Shown here piece after piece: positions 1 to 9,119 of a DNA stretch of 19,371 nt. The stretch comes from Octopus sinensis (Eukaryota). The stretch spans positions 1 through 19,371 of the forward strand of contig NW_021824275.1 in the NCBI RefSeq assembly GCF_006345805.1, in the 5' to 3' direction. The translations under genes were made by a program, and so were the position numbers. The notes under the pieces were generated by a model, which saw only the letters and a list, made by a program, of their open reading frames with translations, searched no databases and was not told where the DNA came from. Position 1 is the stretch's first letter. The number at the start of each line of letters is the position of its first letter.

Positions 1-582
1 AAGAGCATAGTAATATATAATATATATTTATATATTAAAATATAAAAAAGGAGACGAACATTCGAGATATTGTTTAACCCTTTATATCATGAAGTCCTTT
101 ACAATCGGTTCGACGGGTGCACTCCAAAATGTCTATTTAGTATGAAACTTGGAAATTATTCGTGTTAATGTCACAATATACACACAGAGACGCATATGTG
201 TATATACTGCATGAAATGGAGGTTTAAAGGGGGTTTCACCAAGTTAGGGGATCAAGTAACAAGTCTCTTTGGGTTTTCGGTTCGCATGGACCACACTTGT
301 CACAGTAAAACTTTGATCCTTACAAATTATGCAGTTCTTTTATTTATTCTATAAATCTACAAAACTCTCAACCTGCTTTCTCTTCTTGCTTTGTCTGTCT
401 GTGTGTCTGCCTGCCTCTCCAAAGCCTGACGCTTTTTCTCTCTTTATAGACAAGCAAAAACATTTGTTTATATTTTCATATATGTATATATATTTGATGT
501 ATGTGTATAAATGTATATCCATCTGCATATATTTATATTAGGTGTATATATACGCATATGTAAATACATGTATATTTGAAAT

Positions 583-1274
583 ATGGTCGATATAGCTCGT
601 AGGATGAGCTCCTGGATCTTAAGAACCTTCCGGTCCTGAGAACAAGATGTCATCATTCCACTTTTCTCCTCGTTTGTACGGCCACGTCTCGAATACCGCT
701 GCCCCCTGTGGTCTCCCCATACAGAACAAAACATCTCGAAAATTGAATCACCCCAGAGGACAATCACCAAATAAATTAAGGACATGACTGATCTCGATTA
801 CTGGGACCGCCTTAAAGCCTTGAAACTCTATTCTCTCCAGCGTCGCTGCGAGCGGTACATCATTTGCAAGATGGGGAGAATATACTGCCAGCATTGCCCA
901 AACGACCTGAACATTAGTTTCAAGGTTCATCCAAGACTGGGACCACGGGCCATACGTCCCCTGCCCAATTCAAGATCACAGCATACATGTACACTGCAAC
1001 ATAATTTCTTTTCCTGCCCTATTTAATATTGTCCCAAAACTGATCAAAGAGGAAAAGGATCCCATCAACTTTAAACGGAGTCTGGATAGATTCCTTCAAG
1101 GAATACCAGATAAGCCAACCATACCTGGATACAACTCACTCAACAAGAACTCACTACTCGAATGGACCATGATACCACAAAACTTGACTTAAAAAGGATT
1201 TAAATAATCCTAAGAGGTGGTACTATTAAGTTAGACATGGCCTGGGCCAATACTGACCAAAACCTTTCTAAGTT

Positions 1275-1275
<1 letters not shown>
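583..1275 (+). mobile_element. 5'-truncated CR1/L2-type LINE: decayed C-terminal part of ORF2 plus 3'UTR
   Basis: Frame from 583 reads MVDIARRMSSWILRTFRS*EQDVIIPLFSSFVRPRLEYRCPLWSPHTEQNISKIESPQRTITK*IKDMTDLDYWDRLKALKLYSLQRRCERY. It contains the post-RT motifs VRPxLEY..W.P, E..QR..TK and Y..RL..L.LYSLQRRxERY. After a frameshift near 1020 it continues FNIVPKLIKEEKDPINFKRSLDRFLQGIPDKPTIPGYNSLNKNSLLEWTMIPQNLT* (TAA 1190-1192). In-frame stops at 637-639 (TGA, probably CGA deamination) and 772-774. A short UTR runs into (AT)n. Confidence 0.9.

Positions 1276-1280
<5 letters not shown>

Positions 1281-1316
<36 letters not shown>
1281..1316. repeat. (AT)n microsatellite at the LINE 3' end
   Basis: Pure AT dinucleotide run. 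Confidence 0.95.
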
Positions 1317-1319
<3 letters not shown>

Positions 1320-2049
1320 TATATATGTATTAACACACACATACCACACGCACGTACGCAATACACATATACTTGCATAAATGCATCGCCACTCGATAAT
1401 TGGTCGATCTGGGTGCTAACTTGCTATCCAACACCAGCAACAATAATCTAGACTTTGAATAATGATATAAAAAAACGAAAAAAGAAACGAAAAAAAAGAA
1501 AAAGAAAAACAAAAAAGATGCAAAATAAAACAGGATCTGCTTCTTTATTCATTTTGTCTTCTAGTCTTTCATTCCACCAACATGTCTTCTAATCATTCCG
1601 TTATTCCGTCATTTCTTTATTCTATCAACGCATTTGCAGCAGGATATTAGTGGAGACGTTTATTTGATTCATTCTATTCGAACTAATCTCTTTTTACTTA
1701 ATGTTTACCTTTCTAATTTCGCTACAAACTCAACATCTATGGCGGAAATTACATCCACATCGATTCGTAGGAAGCCCGACAGAGAACTGTATCTTTAATT
1801 CTGACTGACTGCGCTGTAGAAGATAGATAGTACGCCACGCATACGTACACATCTACATACATGAACACACATTAAAGTATGTTAATATGCATATGTATAT
1901 ATACATATGTGTGTGTGTGAGTGTGTGTGTGTGTAGGCAAGCTAGTGTATAATCACTAATCAGATAAGAGCTAGCTGTCTTATTGGCGATGCCTCTCACT
2001 TCCGGTGTCCATTCGTGGATCCCAAAGCACACATGGAATTATGGGTGTC

Positions 2050-2162
2050 AGTATGTGTATGTGTATATATTATGTGTAAGTGTGTGTGAGTAGTTATATA
2101 TTTATTATATCCGTGTATTATATATATTATATCGGTATATATGGATATATATATTGATATAT

Positions 2163-2205
<43 letters not shown>

Positions 2206-2877
2206 TATATATACATATCTATGTACATACATATACATATGCAAATATATATATACATACACACTTATGTACACACAAATCGGATGCAAGGGAAAGTGTA
2301 AATTCATCCATATATACACAAGGAATTTTATATAGATTTATCTATGGAAATACATACTTATGTGTATACATTAGTTGAATGTATACGATACACACGCTCT
2401 CACATATATGATCTCTCGTGCAGGCGTATATTTATATATATATATATAAGAGAGTGTAATTGTGTATCTATGTGTGTACGTGAGGGTCTGTGGGTTTCCA
2501 GGCATTCCTGTTGGCCTATCAGATCTGTCTTCATAATGACAATTCCTACACTCAGTGCCTGAGCTTTAAATCCATCTCAAAGGAAATTTCTTTCAAATTA
2601 CAGCAGCATGCCTCCTCAAGCGCCATTATGTATGGATACGAACACACCAACCTACACACATACACACACAAACACACGCACTCACACACATATTTATATA
2701 TATATATATTCATACACACAAGAACATTGTCTCCTTAGTTCTTCAAACAAACACATCCTCACCCACTTACCTATACACACATATACCCAAATGTATATTC
2801 ACGCATTTGCATACCCGTACAAAAACACAAGTACAGAAGCTCACACATACACAAGAAGCACACACACACACACACAC

Positions 2878-2917
<40 letters not shown>

Positions 2918-2950
2918 CACACACACGCACACACATGTAATTATATATAT
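2050..2950. repeat. Compound (TA)n/(CA)n/(TG)n low-complexity region with a short unique island at about 2480-2640
   Basis: Long TA and CA runs, e.g. (CA)n at about 2858-2935. ORFs here are YI/HT repeats. Confidence 0.9.
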
Positions 2951-2951
2951 A

Positions 2952-3183
2952 CAGTAATCCCTCGCCATATCGCGGTTCACCTGTCACGGTTCACCTATCG
3001 CGGTTTATTTCTCAAGATCATGTTGATTCTTCCGTGGTGTTGTTTTGCATTTTTAATAAAAAAAATATATACAAATTATAAAAATAAATTAAATATGAAG
3101 CACAGTACTGTTTCTACTTCGCGGATTTTCATCTATCGCGGTGTTTTTGGAACGTAACACCCGCGATAGTCGAGGAATTACTG
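2952..3183. mobile_element. Complete pogo/Tigger (MER2-like) MITE, 232 bp
   Basis: Left TIR CAGTAATCCCTCGCCATATCGCGG starts at 2952. The right end CCGCGATAGTCGAGGAATTACTG (to 3183) has reverse complement CAGTAATTCCTCGACTATCGCGG. TA on the left (2950-2951), TG on the right (eroded TA). CAGT termini with TA TSD are typical of pogo/Tigger. No coding capacity. Confidence 0.88.
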
Positions 3184-3225
3184 TGTGTGTGTGTGTATAT
3201 ATATATATATGTTCCTTTATCATAT

Positions 3226-3426
3226 ATTCTTTTATTCTTTTACTTGTGTCAGTCATTTGACTGCGGCCATGCTGAAGCACTGCCTTCAGTCGAGCAAATC
3301 GACCACAGGACTTATTCTTTATAAGCCTAGTACTTATTCTATCCGTCTCTTTTGCAGAACCGCTAAGTTACTGGGACGTAAACACACTCGCATCGGTTGT
3401 CAAGCGATGTTGCGAGGACAAACACC
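3226..3426 (-). mobile_element. 3' half of an octopus-type SINE, broken at its internal CA/TG microsatellite
   Basis: Minus strand reads gtgtttgtcc..acatcgcttgacaaccgatg..gtttacgtcc..taacttagcggttctgcaaaagagacggatagaataagtactaggc..gtcgatttgctcgact..gcagtgcttcagcatggccgcagtcaaatgactgacacaagtaaaagaataaaagaat. A homologous copy is at 13286-13397. Family recognised from memory. Confidence 0.8.
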
Positions 3427-3449
3427 CCCACACGCACACACGTGTGTTC

Positions 3450-3848
3450 CCAAAAGATCTCCTGTAAGGGGGAATTGGATACTGGCACAAGAGCGCGAGG
3501 ACGACCTCATCTTCGTTTTCAAAGATACCTATAAGAGAGATACGAAGTCACCTGATCTGGACGTCATGAAACAGGAGGAGGCTGCTAATGATAGACCCCA
3601 TCCCTGGAGGAGGCAAATACTGCGAAAGGGAATGAAGAGAGCGGAAGCAAAAACAGGTACAGGCCATCAAAGAAGAGCGTACTCGACAGAAGGAAAACCC
3701 ATTAGCCCCTGGCAGAGAGCTCCTTCAAATGCAGTCGCTCTATGCGTGACTGCCACTCCCGTGTGGGCCTCTACAGCCGCTGCACCACAAACAGTAACTG
3801 ACACGAAATTTTGGGGCGCAGATCTATGGCCCCTCGAGACCGACGCGT

Positions 3849-3923
<75 letters not shown>
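3450..3923 (+). mobile_element. 5'-truncated RTE-clade LINE 3' end with degraded C-terminal zinc finger and (TAC)25 tail
   Basis: Across frameshifts: PKDLL*GELDTGTRARGRPHLRF / KDTYKRDTKSPDLDVMKQEEAANDRPHPWRRQILRKGMKRAEAK / QVQAIKEERTRQKENPLAP / AESSFKCSRSMRDCHSRVGLYSRCTTNSN* (TGA 3799-3801). This matches RTE motifs PKxLLYGEL..GxRxRGRPxLRFKD and C..C.R.C.SRxGL.SH..C. A 3'UTR of about 47 nt is followed by (TAC)25 at 3849-3923. Confidence 0.92.
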
Positions 3924-3925
<2 letters not shown>

Positions 3926-3933
3926 TATGTATA

Positions 3934-4033
3934 TATAATAATAACAATAATAATAATAACAACAATAACAATAATAATAATAATAATAATAATTATTATT
4001 ATTATAATATTAATAATAATAATAATAATAATA
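3934..4033. repeat. Imperfect (AAT)n/(AAC)n/(ATT)n trinucleotide repeat
   Basis: Seen directly. Confidence 0.9.
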
Positions 4034-4139
4034 AAAATTTCTTTAGTAACCTGAAGATGGATTTGGTATTATTTTCATCTTGTACAATGGTAGCTTCGAC
4101 CCATCTTCTGGTTATTTAAGAAATTATCATTATATTTTA

Positions 4140-4150
4140 TTATTATTATA

Positions 4151-4199
<49 letters not shown>

Positions 4200-4574
4200 C
4201 ATAATATATATATATATACTATATAATAATATATATTTATACTCTCTCTCACTCTCACTCTATATATTACCACATTATATATATATATATAAGCACGCAT
4301 GTATATAAATATATAGACATGCATATATATATATTCATATATACGCATATATATTTGTATGTAAGTATACATACACGCACACACACACCTATATATATAT
4401 ATATATATAATATACATACGTATTTACGCACATATCTACATACATCGACATGTATGTACATGTGTGCATTAGTGTTATGTACATATATATACATATGCAC
4501 ATACGCACACATGTGTATATATATAAATATATATATATACATAAATACATACATACATATATATATTATATATA

Positions 4575-4640
<66 letters not shown>

Positions 4641-4720
4641 CTAACATGTAGTTATCGATAGATACACACACACGCGCGCGCACACATACACATATGCACA
4701 CAGAGACACATACACACGCG
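4140..4720. repeat. Compound (TA)n/(CA)n microsatellite block
   Basis: Seen directly. Confidence 0.92.
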
Positions 4721-5279
4721 CGCGTAGCACAACCGTAAGCCGTCTGTATTTGATATGCCGGTAGCTCTTCGTTCGTTACTTAAAAGCAGTCTCGATTTTC
4801 CAGCAGGTCCGCCATCTAACAAACTAAACAGTGTTAACGAGGCTTAATGGTTGTAATACGAACACAGAATGAATCCTAAATAAATAGAAACGACAACAAA
4901 CTAATTAGTTGTCGTTGTTGCTGGACAATTTCCACCATTTTGTTCCATCGCTGTAGTCTTGCTTCGGGGTCGTGTCGTCAGGCTTTTGCAAATTTGACCG
5001 CCCGCCATTTTTTTTCTCTCTTTTTGAACGGCAATAGTTTACTTTATCTAAGATTTCTTTCTTCCAGCCTATAATTTGAGAAAGGATTTAGCTGCTATTT
5101 TTAAATACGATTGTATAACACAGTACCGATAGAAGGAAGAATACAAACAAAGAAGAAGAACAACAACAAAAACAAACGAGAAATCATCTATTGGGAATGA
5201 AAATGTGACGTAATGAATAGATTAGATTTTAATGTCAATGAATTAATTAGCTTTCCTTTTATGGATTTCTTCATTTAAT

Positions 5280-5705
5280 TCTTTTTTCTTCTTTTTCCTC
5301 TTTGTCATCGTCGCCGTCGTAGCTATCATCATCATCACCAGCCTCTTCCTCCTCCTCCTCTTCTTCGTCTTCTTCTTCTGCTTCTTCTTCTGCTATCACT
5401 ATTTTCACTATAGCTATTATTGTTGCTGCTGCTACAGTTGTTTTTGTTATTATTATTATCATTATTATTATTTAAAAAAAAATTTCTTCTTGGTTTTGTA
5501 GTTGTTATTGCTGCTATTATTACTGCTATCGTCATCATCATCGTCAGCATCATCATCATCATCATCATCATCATGGTTATTAATTATATATTCGAATGAG
5601 GTTTTAAACACGAAGATTGTAATAGACGACGAGAGCGAGCAAACAGGAGAGAGAGAGAGAGAGTGAGAGAGAGAGAGAAGGAGAGAGAGGGAGAGAGAGA
5701 AAGGG
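5280..5705. repeat. Compound trinucleotide repeats (TCA/TCG/TCC/TCT/TTA) and (GA)n
   Basis: Seen directly. Produces poly-D/E/M/N artefact ORFs. Confidence 0.9.
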
Positions 5706-5849
5706 TGAGAAACAGAAGTAATTATATTTGGCAAAGAGTATATTGCAATTACGGTCATTGTTGACCAGGAACTGGTTTAGAATGGTTTCATTACTATCAA
5801 TAGAAAGTGTGTAAATCAGACGATACTATCACAGCGCTTCAACATGTCT

Positions 5850-5981
5850 AACACACACGCACACACACACACACACACACCACCACACATGTACGCACGC
5901 ATATACAATATATGCATCTGTACATAAATATATTTATATATACTATATATATGTAATTTATATATATTTCTATATATAATT

Positions 5982-6014
<33 letters not shown>

Positions 6015-6031
6015 GCATGTGCACAGTGTTC

Positions 6032-6065
<34 letters not shown>

Positions 6066-6085
6066 TGTGTGTGTGTGTGTGTGCG
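5850..6085. repeat. (CA)n/(TA)n/(TG)n block
   Basis: Seen directly. Confidence 0.9.
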
Positions 6086-6149
6086 TACTGATTATTACCA
6101 TTGAACAATAACTAAATGCTGGAAGAGGATGCTGGTAATTGTCATATTG

Positions 6150-6219
6150 ATAATGATGACGACGATGACGACGACGACGACGATGATGATGTTAATAATA
6201 ATAGCAACACAACACAACA

Positions 6220-6276
<57 letters not shown>

Positions 6277-6500
6277 TAATAATAATAAAATAATATAATA
6301 ATAATATATAGAATAATAATAATAATAATAATAATAGAATAATAATGAGAAGAAGAAGAAGAAGGAGGAGGAGGAGAGGGGAGGCGAAGAAGAAGAAGAA
6401 GAAGAAGAAGAAGAGAAGAAAAGGAGAAGAAGAAGAAGAAGAAGAAGAAGAAGAAGAAGAAGAAGAAGAAGAAGAAGAAGAAGAAGAAGAAGAAGAAACA
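6150..6500. repeat. Compound trinucleotide array: (GAT/GAC)n, (AAT)n, (GGA)n, pure (GAA)24 at 6426-6497
   Basis: Seen directly. Confidence 0.95.
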
Positions 6501-6654
6501 AGGGAGTCAAAAGAACTTGCTGCGATTTGAAATTGTGGTGGTATGTTTAGAGAAAGTGTTAAGAAACACAACCAGCCTTATAAATATATTTGTAATAGTT
6601 GTTTTAATGTAAGTGTAGCTTACATCCAGTGGGACCTTTAGTTTATGGGACCTC

Positions 6655-6915
6655 TCTCTTTCTTTTTCTGCTTCTCTTTTTCGCTCGCTCTCTGTCTCTC
6701 TGCCTCTCTATCTCCCTCTCTTTCTCTCGCACCTTCTCTTTTTCACACCTCTCTCTTGAACCTTCTGTCCCTCTCGCACCTTCTATCTCTCTCTCGGAAC
6801 TTCTCTCTCTCGCACCTTCTCTTTCTCACTCTTCTCTCTCTAGCACTTTCTCCCTCTTTCACTTTCTCCCACCTTTTCTCTCACTCGCACCTTCTCTCTT
6901 TCTCTCTCTCTCGCT
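6655..6915. repeat. CT-rich degenerate minisatellite with recurring CTCGCACCTTCT units
   Basis: TCGCACCTTCT recurs at about 6727, 6774, 6810 and 6885, with degenerate variants between. Confidence 0.75.
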
Positions 6916-6928
6916 TCACACACACATA

Positions 6929-6980
6929 CACTGAACCCTCGTTAAGCCGGACTCTGTTAAGCAGGACATCGGATAAATTA
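6929..6980 (+). mobile_element. Isolated left end of a pogo/Tigger-like element
   Basis: TA (6927-6928), then CACTGAACCCTCGTTAAGCCGGAC-TCT-GTTAAGCAGGAC-ATCGGATAA: a CAGTG-like terminus with reiterated subterminal motifs. No matching right TIR found. Confidence 0.55.
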
Positions 6981-7024
6981 CAACCAGAGCCACCTTTCGA
7001 GTCAATTTTTCAATAGTTTTGTTG

Positions 7025-7226
7025 TAAGAGGGTCTGTTCCTGGCTCTAAGGGTATCGCGAAAGGCCCAACGTTCTGAAATATTTTACAAGGCTTAGAAAA
7101 ACTGAAGGACCGATGGATTAAGTGTGTAAATCTGAGAAGAGAATATGTTGAATAAAATCATAATTAACTGATCTTCCTGTAGTTTCTTTTACCCAAAACT
7201 AGGGTCTTTTCAACACCCCCCTCGTG
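7025..7226 (+). mobile_element. Mariner-derived MITE, copy 1
   Basis: Right TIR ..CTTTTCAACACCCCCCTCGT (to 7225). Eroded left end TAAGAGGGTCTGTTCCTGGCT. The interior encodes a mariner transposase C-terminus, LQGLEKLKDRWIKCVNLRREYVE*. Homologous to 8877-9119. Confidence 0.85.
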
Positions 7227-7294
7227 CCATCGTGGATTATAACAAGAAGGTGCTTTTGTCTCCTCTTATGGGCCATTGCGATAATTGTCTGAGA

Positions 7295-7338
7295 TCATCT
7301 ATTGTCCGAATGGTGGTCATCTATTGGCCGAATGGTGG
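7295..7338. repeat. 22-bp tandem duplication
   Basis: TCATCTATTGTCCGAATGGTGG / TCATCTATTGGCCGAATGGTGG, one mismatch. Confidence 0.95.
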
Positions 7339-7432
7339 GATTATCCAGAGAAGCTGAGATAAGACTCGAAATTGAATGATACTCCAGTAGTACACTTCTT
7401 ATTTATTATTTGTTGTTACACCTCCTGTAAGT

Positions 7433-7644
7433 TGTGGGCCTCGTGGCAGACCTCGCACCAGATGGCTGGACATGATTGGGGAAGATCTCGAGAAGCTCTA
7501 CATTTCCATGGAGGATGTAGAGATGCTGTCCCGAGACCACCGGCGACGGAGAGCATTGGTCAACCTGGTCAGCTCTACGCATGATGACGCCTCTGGGACC
7601 ACTAAACTGGAACGTTCCCAGCCCCATCAAGGAAGAGCCAAGCT
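7433..7644 (+). mobile_element. Short RTE-clade LINE 3' fragment (second family)
   Basis: Reads GPRGRPRTRWLDMIGEDLEKLYISMEDVEMLSRDHRRRRALVNLVSSTH, matching the RTE C-terminal pattern RxRGRPRxRWxDxIxEDL..L........DR..WR. Flanked by the direct repeat TCCTGTAAGT (7423-7432, 7645-7654). Confidence 0.82.
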
Positions 7645-8139
7645 TCCTGTAAGTGATATATCTTCTCTATCTTCCAGGCTGCACTTTCCTTGTACAGAGC
7701 AACCTCATAATTCGTCTAGCAATCGAATTTCTGCCACTGACGTCTCTGATTCATTCGATCTATATCCAAATTGTTAACTTATATAAGAGATCGTAGTGAG
7801 ATGCGGTGCGTATAAATTCATTGATTTTTTTCTGTGCAATATTTCTACTCTTGCAATATCATGATATAATCCGGCTTTAATTTTTGTCATTTCAAGTGAT
7901 ACACTTTCAGAATCAGAGATTAAGCCAGGTCGAAATAGTGTAAAGTCTGTGTTTATCTGTTGGCAAATCTTGTACCTTACTATTAATATCAGCACGTTAG
8001 TAGAGTGCAGACTATCAAAATAACTACAACATGCGAGGTAACACAGTTTAAATTGTGCTACAAATTATTTTGATCTTGGGTATCTTTCAACCTTATATTT
8101 TACTTCATGGGTTCAATGTTTATCATATTCATCGTACAA

Positions 8140-8370
8140 GGCGGCGAGCCGGCAGACTCGTTAGCGCGCCGGGCGAAATGCTTAGCTGTATTTCGTCTGT
8201 CGTTACGTTCTGAGTTCAAATTCCGCCGAGGTCCACTTTGCCTTTCATCCATTCGGGGTCGATAAATTAAGTACCAGTAACGCACTGGGGTCGATGTAAA
8301 CGACTTAATCCGTTTGCCTGTCCTTGTTTGTCCCCTCTATGTTTAGCCCCTTGAGGGCAATAAAAAAGTA
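8140..8370 (+). mobile_element. Full-length tRNA-derived SINE (octopus OK/OR-type group) with perfect 16-bp TSD
   Basis: Head GGCGGCGAGCCGGCAGACTCGTTAG, B box GAGTTCAAATTCC (8212-8224), central domain CCGAGGTCCACTTTGCCTTTCATCCATTCGGGGTCGATAAATTAAGTACCAG, A-rich end. TSD CATATTCATCGTACAA at 8124-8139 and 8371-8386. Homologous to 15243-15474. Confidence 0.93.
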
Positions 8371-8436
8371 CATATTCATCGTACAACGCATATATTTCCA
8401 ATGTCATATACTAATATAGTATTAAGTCCTGCTATC

Positions 8437-8690
8437 GGTCAAGTCATGCAATCGGCTAAACCGATTCTCCAAGCCAAGTCAACCAACAGGAAACGTAGGG
8501 ATAGACCAAAGACGAGTTGGTCGGATAATACCGACAGTGTCTGTTAGTCGCTCTTGGGTATCCAGCTGGGAAATCTACCGTTGATTGGGTCGGTTAGGAC
8601 CTTATGGAGGAAGTACTTGAGGTACATGAGGACTCTACACCCAACAACCCTTCCAGAAACAGTGGGTGGAGAAGACGGATGAATAGAATC
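8437..8690 (+). mobile_element. RTE-clade LINE 3' fragment (third family)
   Basis: GQVMQSAKPILQAKSTNRKRRDRPKTSWSDNTDSVC*SLLGIQLGNLPLIGSVRTLWRKYLRYMRTLHPTTLPETVGGEDG* (TAG 8545-8547, TGA 8680-8682). Resembles RTE GHVMR..AKxILQG...GKRxRGRPxxRWxD..LGI.......DR..WR. Confidence 0.75.
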
Positions 8691-8713
8691 AGACAATCAA
8701 GAAAGGCAATAAG

Positions 8714-8848
8714 ACCAAATCCACTCACACGGCTTTGGTCAACCCGTGGCTATAGTAGAAGACACTTGCTCAAAGTGCCATGCAGTGGGACTGAACACGG
8801 AACCATGCGGTTGGGAAGCAAGCGTCTTACCTCACAGCTACTCCTATG
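8714..8848 (-). mobile_element. 5' part of a tRNA-headed CORE-type SINE
   Basis: Minus strand: ggagTAGCTGTGAGGtaag (A-box-like), ccgtGTTCAGTCCC (B-box-like), then a CORE-like ggcactttgagcaagtgtctt, then ..accaaagccgtgtgagtggatttggt, truncated. Confidence 0.8.
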
Positions 8849-8876
8849 TATAAATACACACATAAATGCTGATGCA

Positions 8877-9119
8877 TACGAGGCGGGAACGGCTGAAAAA
8901 TTTCTGCTTTTAGGGTACTGCGAAAGGCTTGATTGGACGTCGAGCCTTCCGAGCTCTTTAACAGGGCTTAGAAAAACTAAAAGACCGCTGCAATAAGTGA
9001 ATCTGAGAGGGGAATCTGAAAGGGGAATCTAGGAGGGGAATATGTTGAAGAAAATCGTAATTAGCTTATTCTTCTGTGTTTTCATATACCCAAATCCAGG
9101 AACTTTCAGCACCCTCATA
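8877..9119 (+). mobile_element. Mariner-derived MITE, copy 2
   Basis: TACGAGG..GCTGAAAAATTTCTG left end and CAGGAACTTTCAGCACCCTCATA right end are inverted. The interior is homologous to copy 1 (GGCTTAGAAAAACT..GACCG..AATCTGAGA..GAATATGTTGAA..AAAATC). TA at both ends. Confidence 0.87.

Noticed and set aside
74-240. Possible piggyBac/Kolobok-type ends (TTAACCCTTT at 75-84 and TTTAAAGGG at 223-231)
   Set aside because: The inverted match is only about 9 bp with a mismatch, and there is no TTAA at the right side.
3185-4054. Longest ORF in the track (289 aa, +)
   Set aside because: It is a chimera of SINE antisense sequence, partly out-of-frame RTE sequence, and (TAC)n/(AAT)n repeats. Not a gene.
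4050-4085. CTGAAGA followed by an AAGATG/CATCTT hairpin as another hammerhead
   Set aside because: No GAAA core or stem I partner in the required position.
4154-4701. Many YI/HT/VC-repeat ORFs here and at 1996-2980, 11038-11996, 12168-13028, 14312-15060 and 17542-17769
   Set aside because: Translations of dinucleotide and tetranucleotide microsatellites, which lack stops in some frames.
5271-6571. Poly-E/D/L/S/N/Y ORFs
   Set aside because: Trinucleotide repeat artefacts, with no splice signals or domain context.
7295-7338. CRISPR-like or iteron-like repeat
   Set aside because: Only two adjacent units with no spacer, in a eukaryotic context. A simple tandem duplication.
583-8690. All four recognisable LINE fragments are on the + strand (possible host-gene orientation bias)
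   Set aside because: n=4 is not significant (1 in 8 by chance), and the SINEs lie on both strands.
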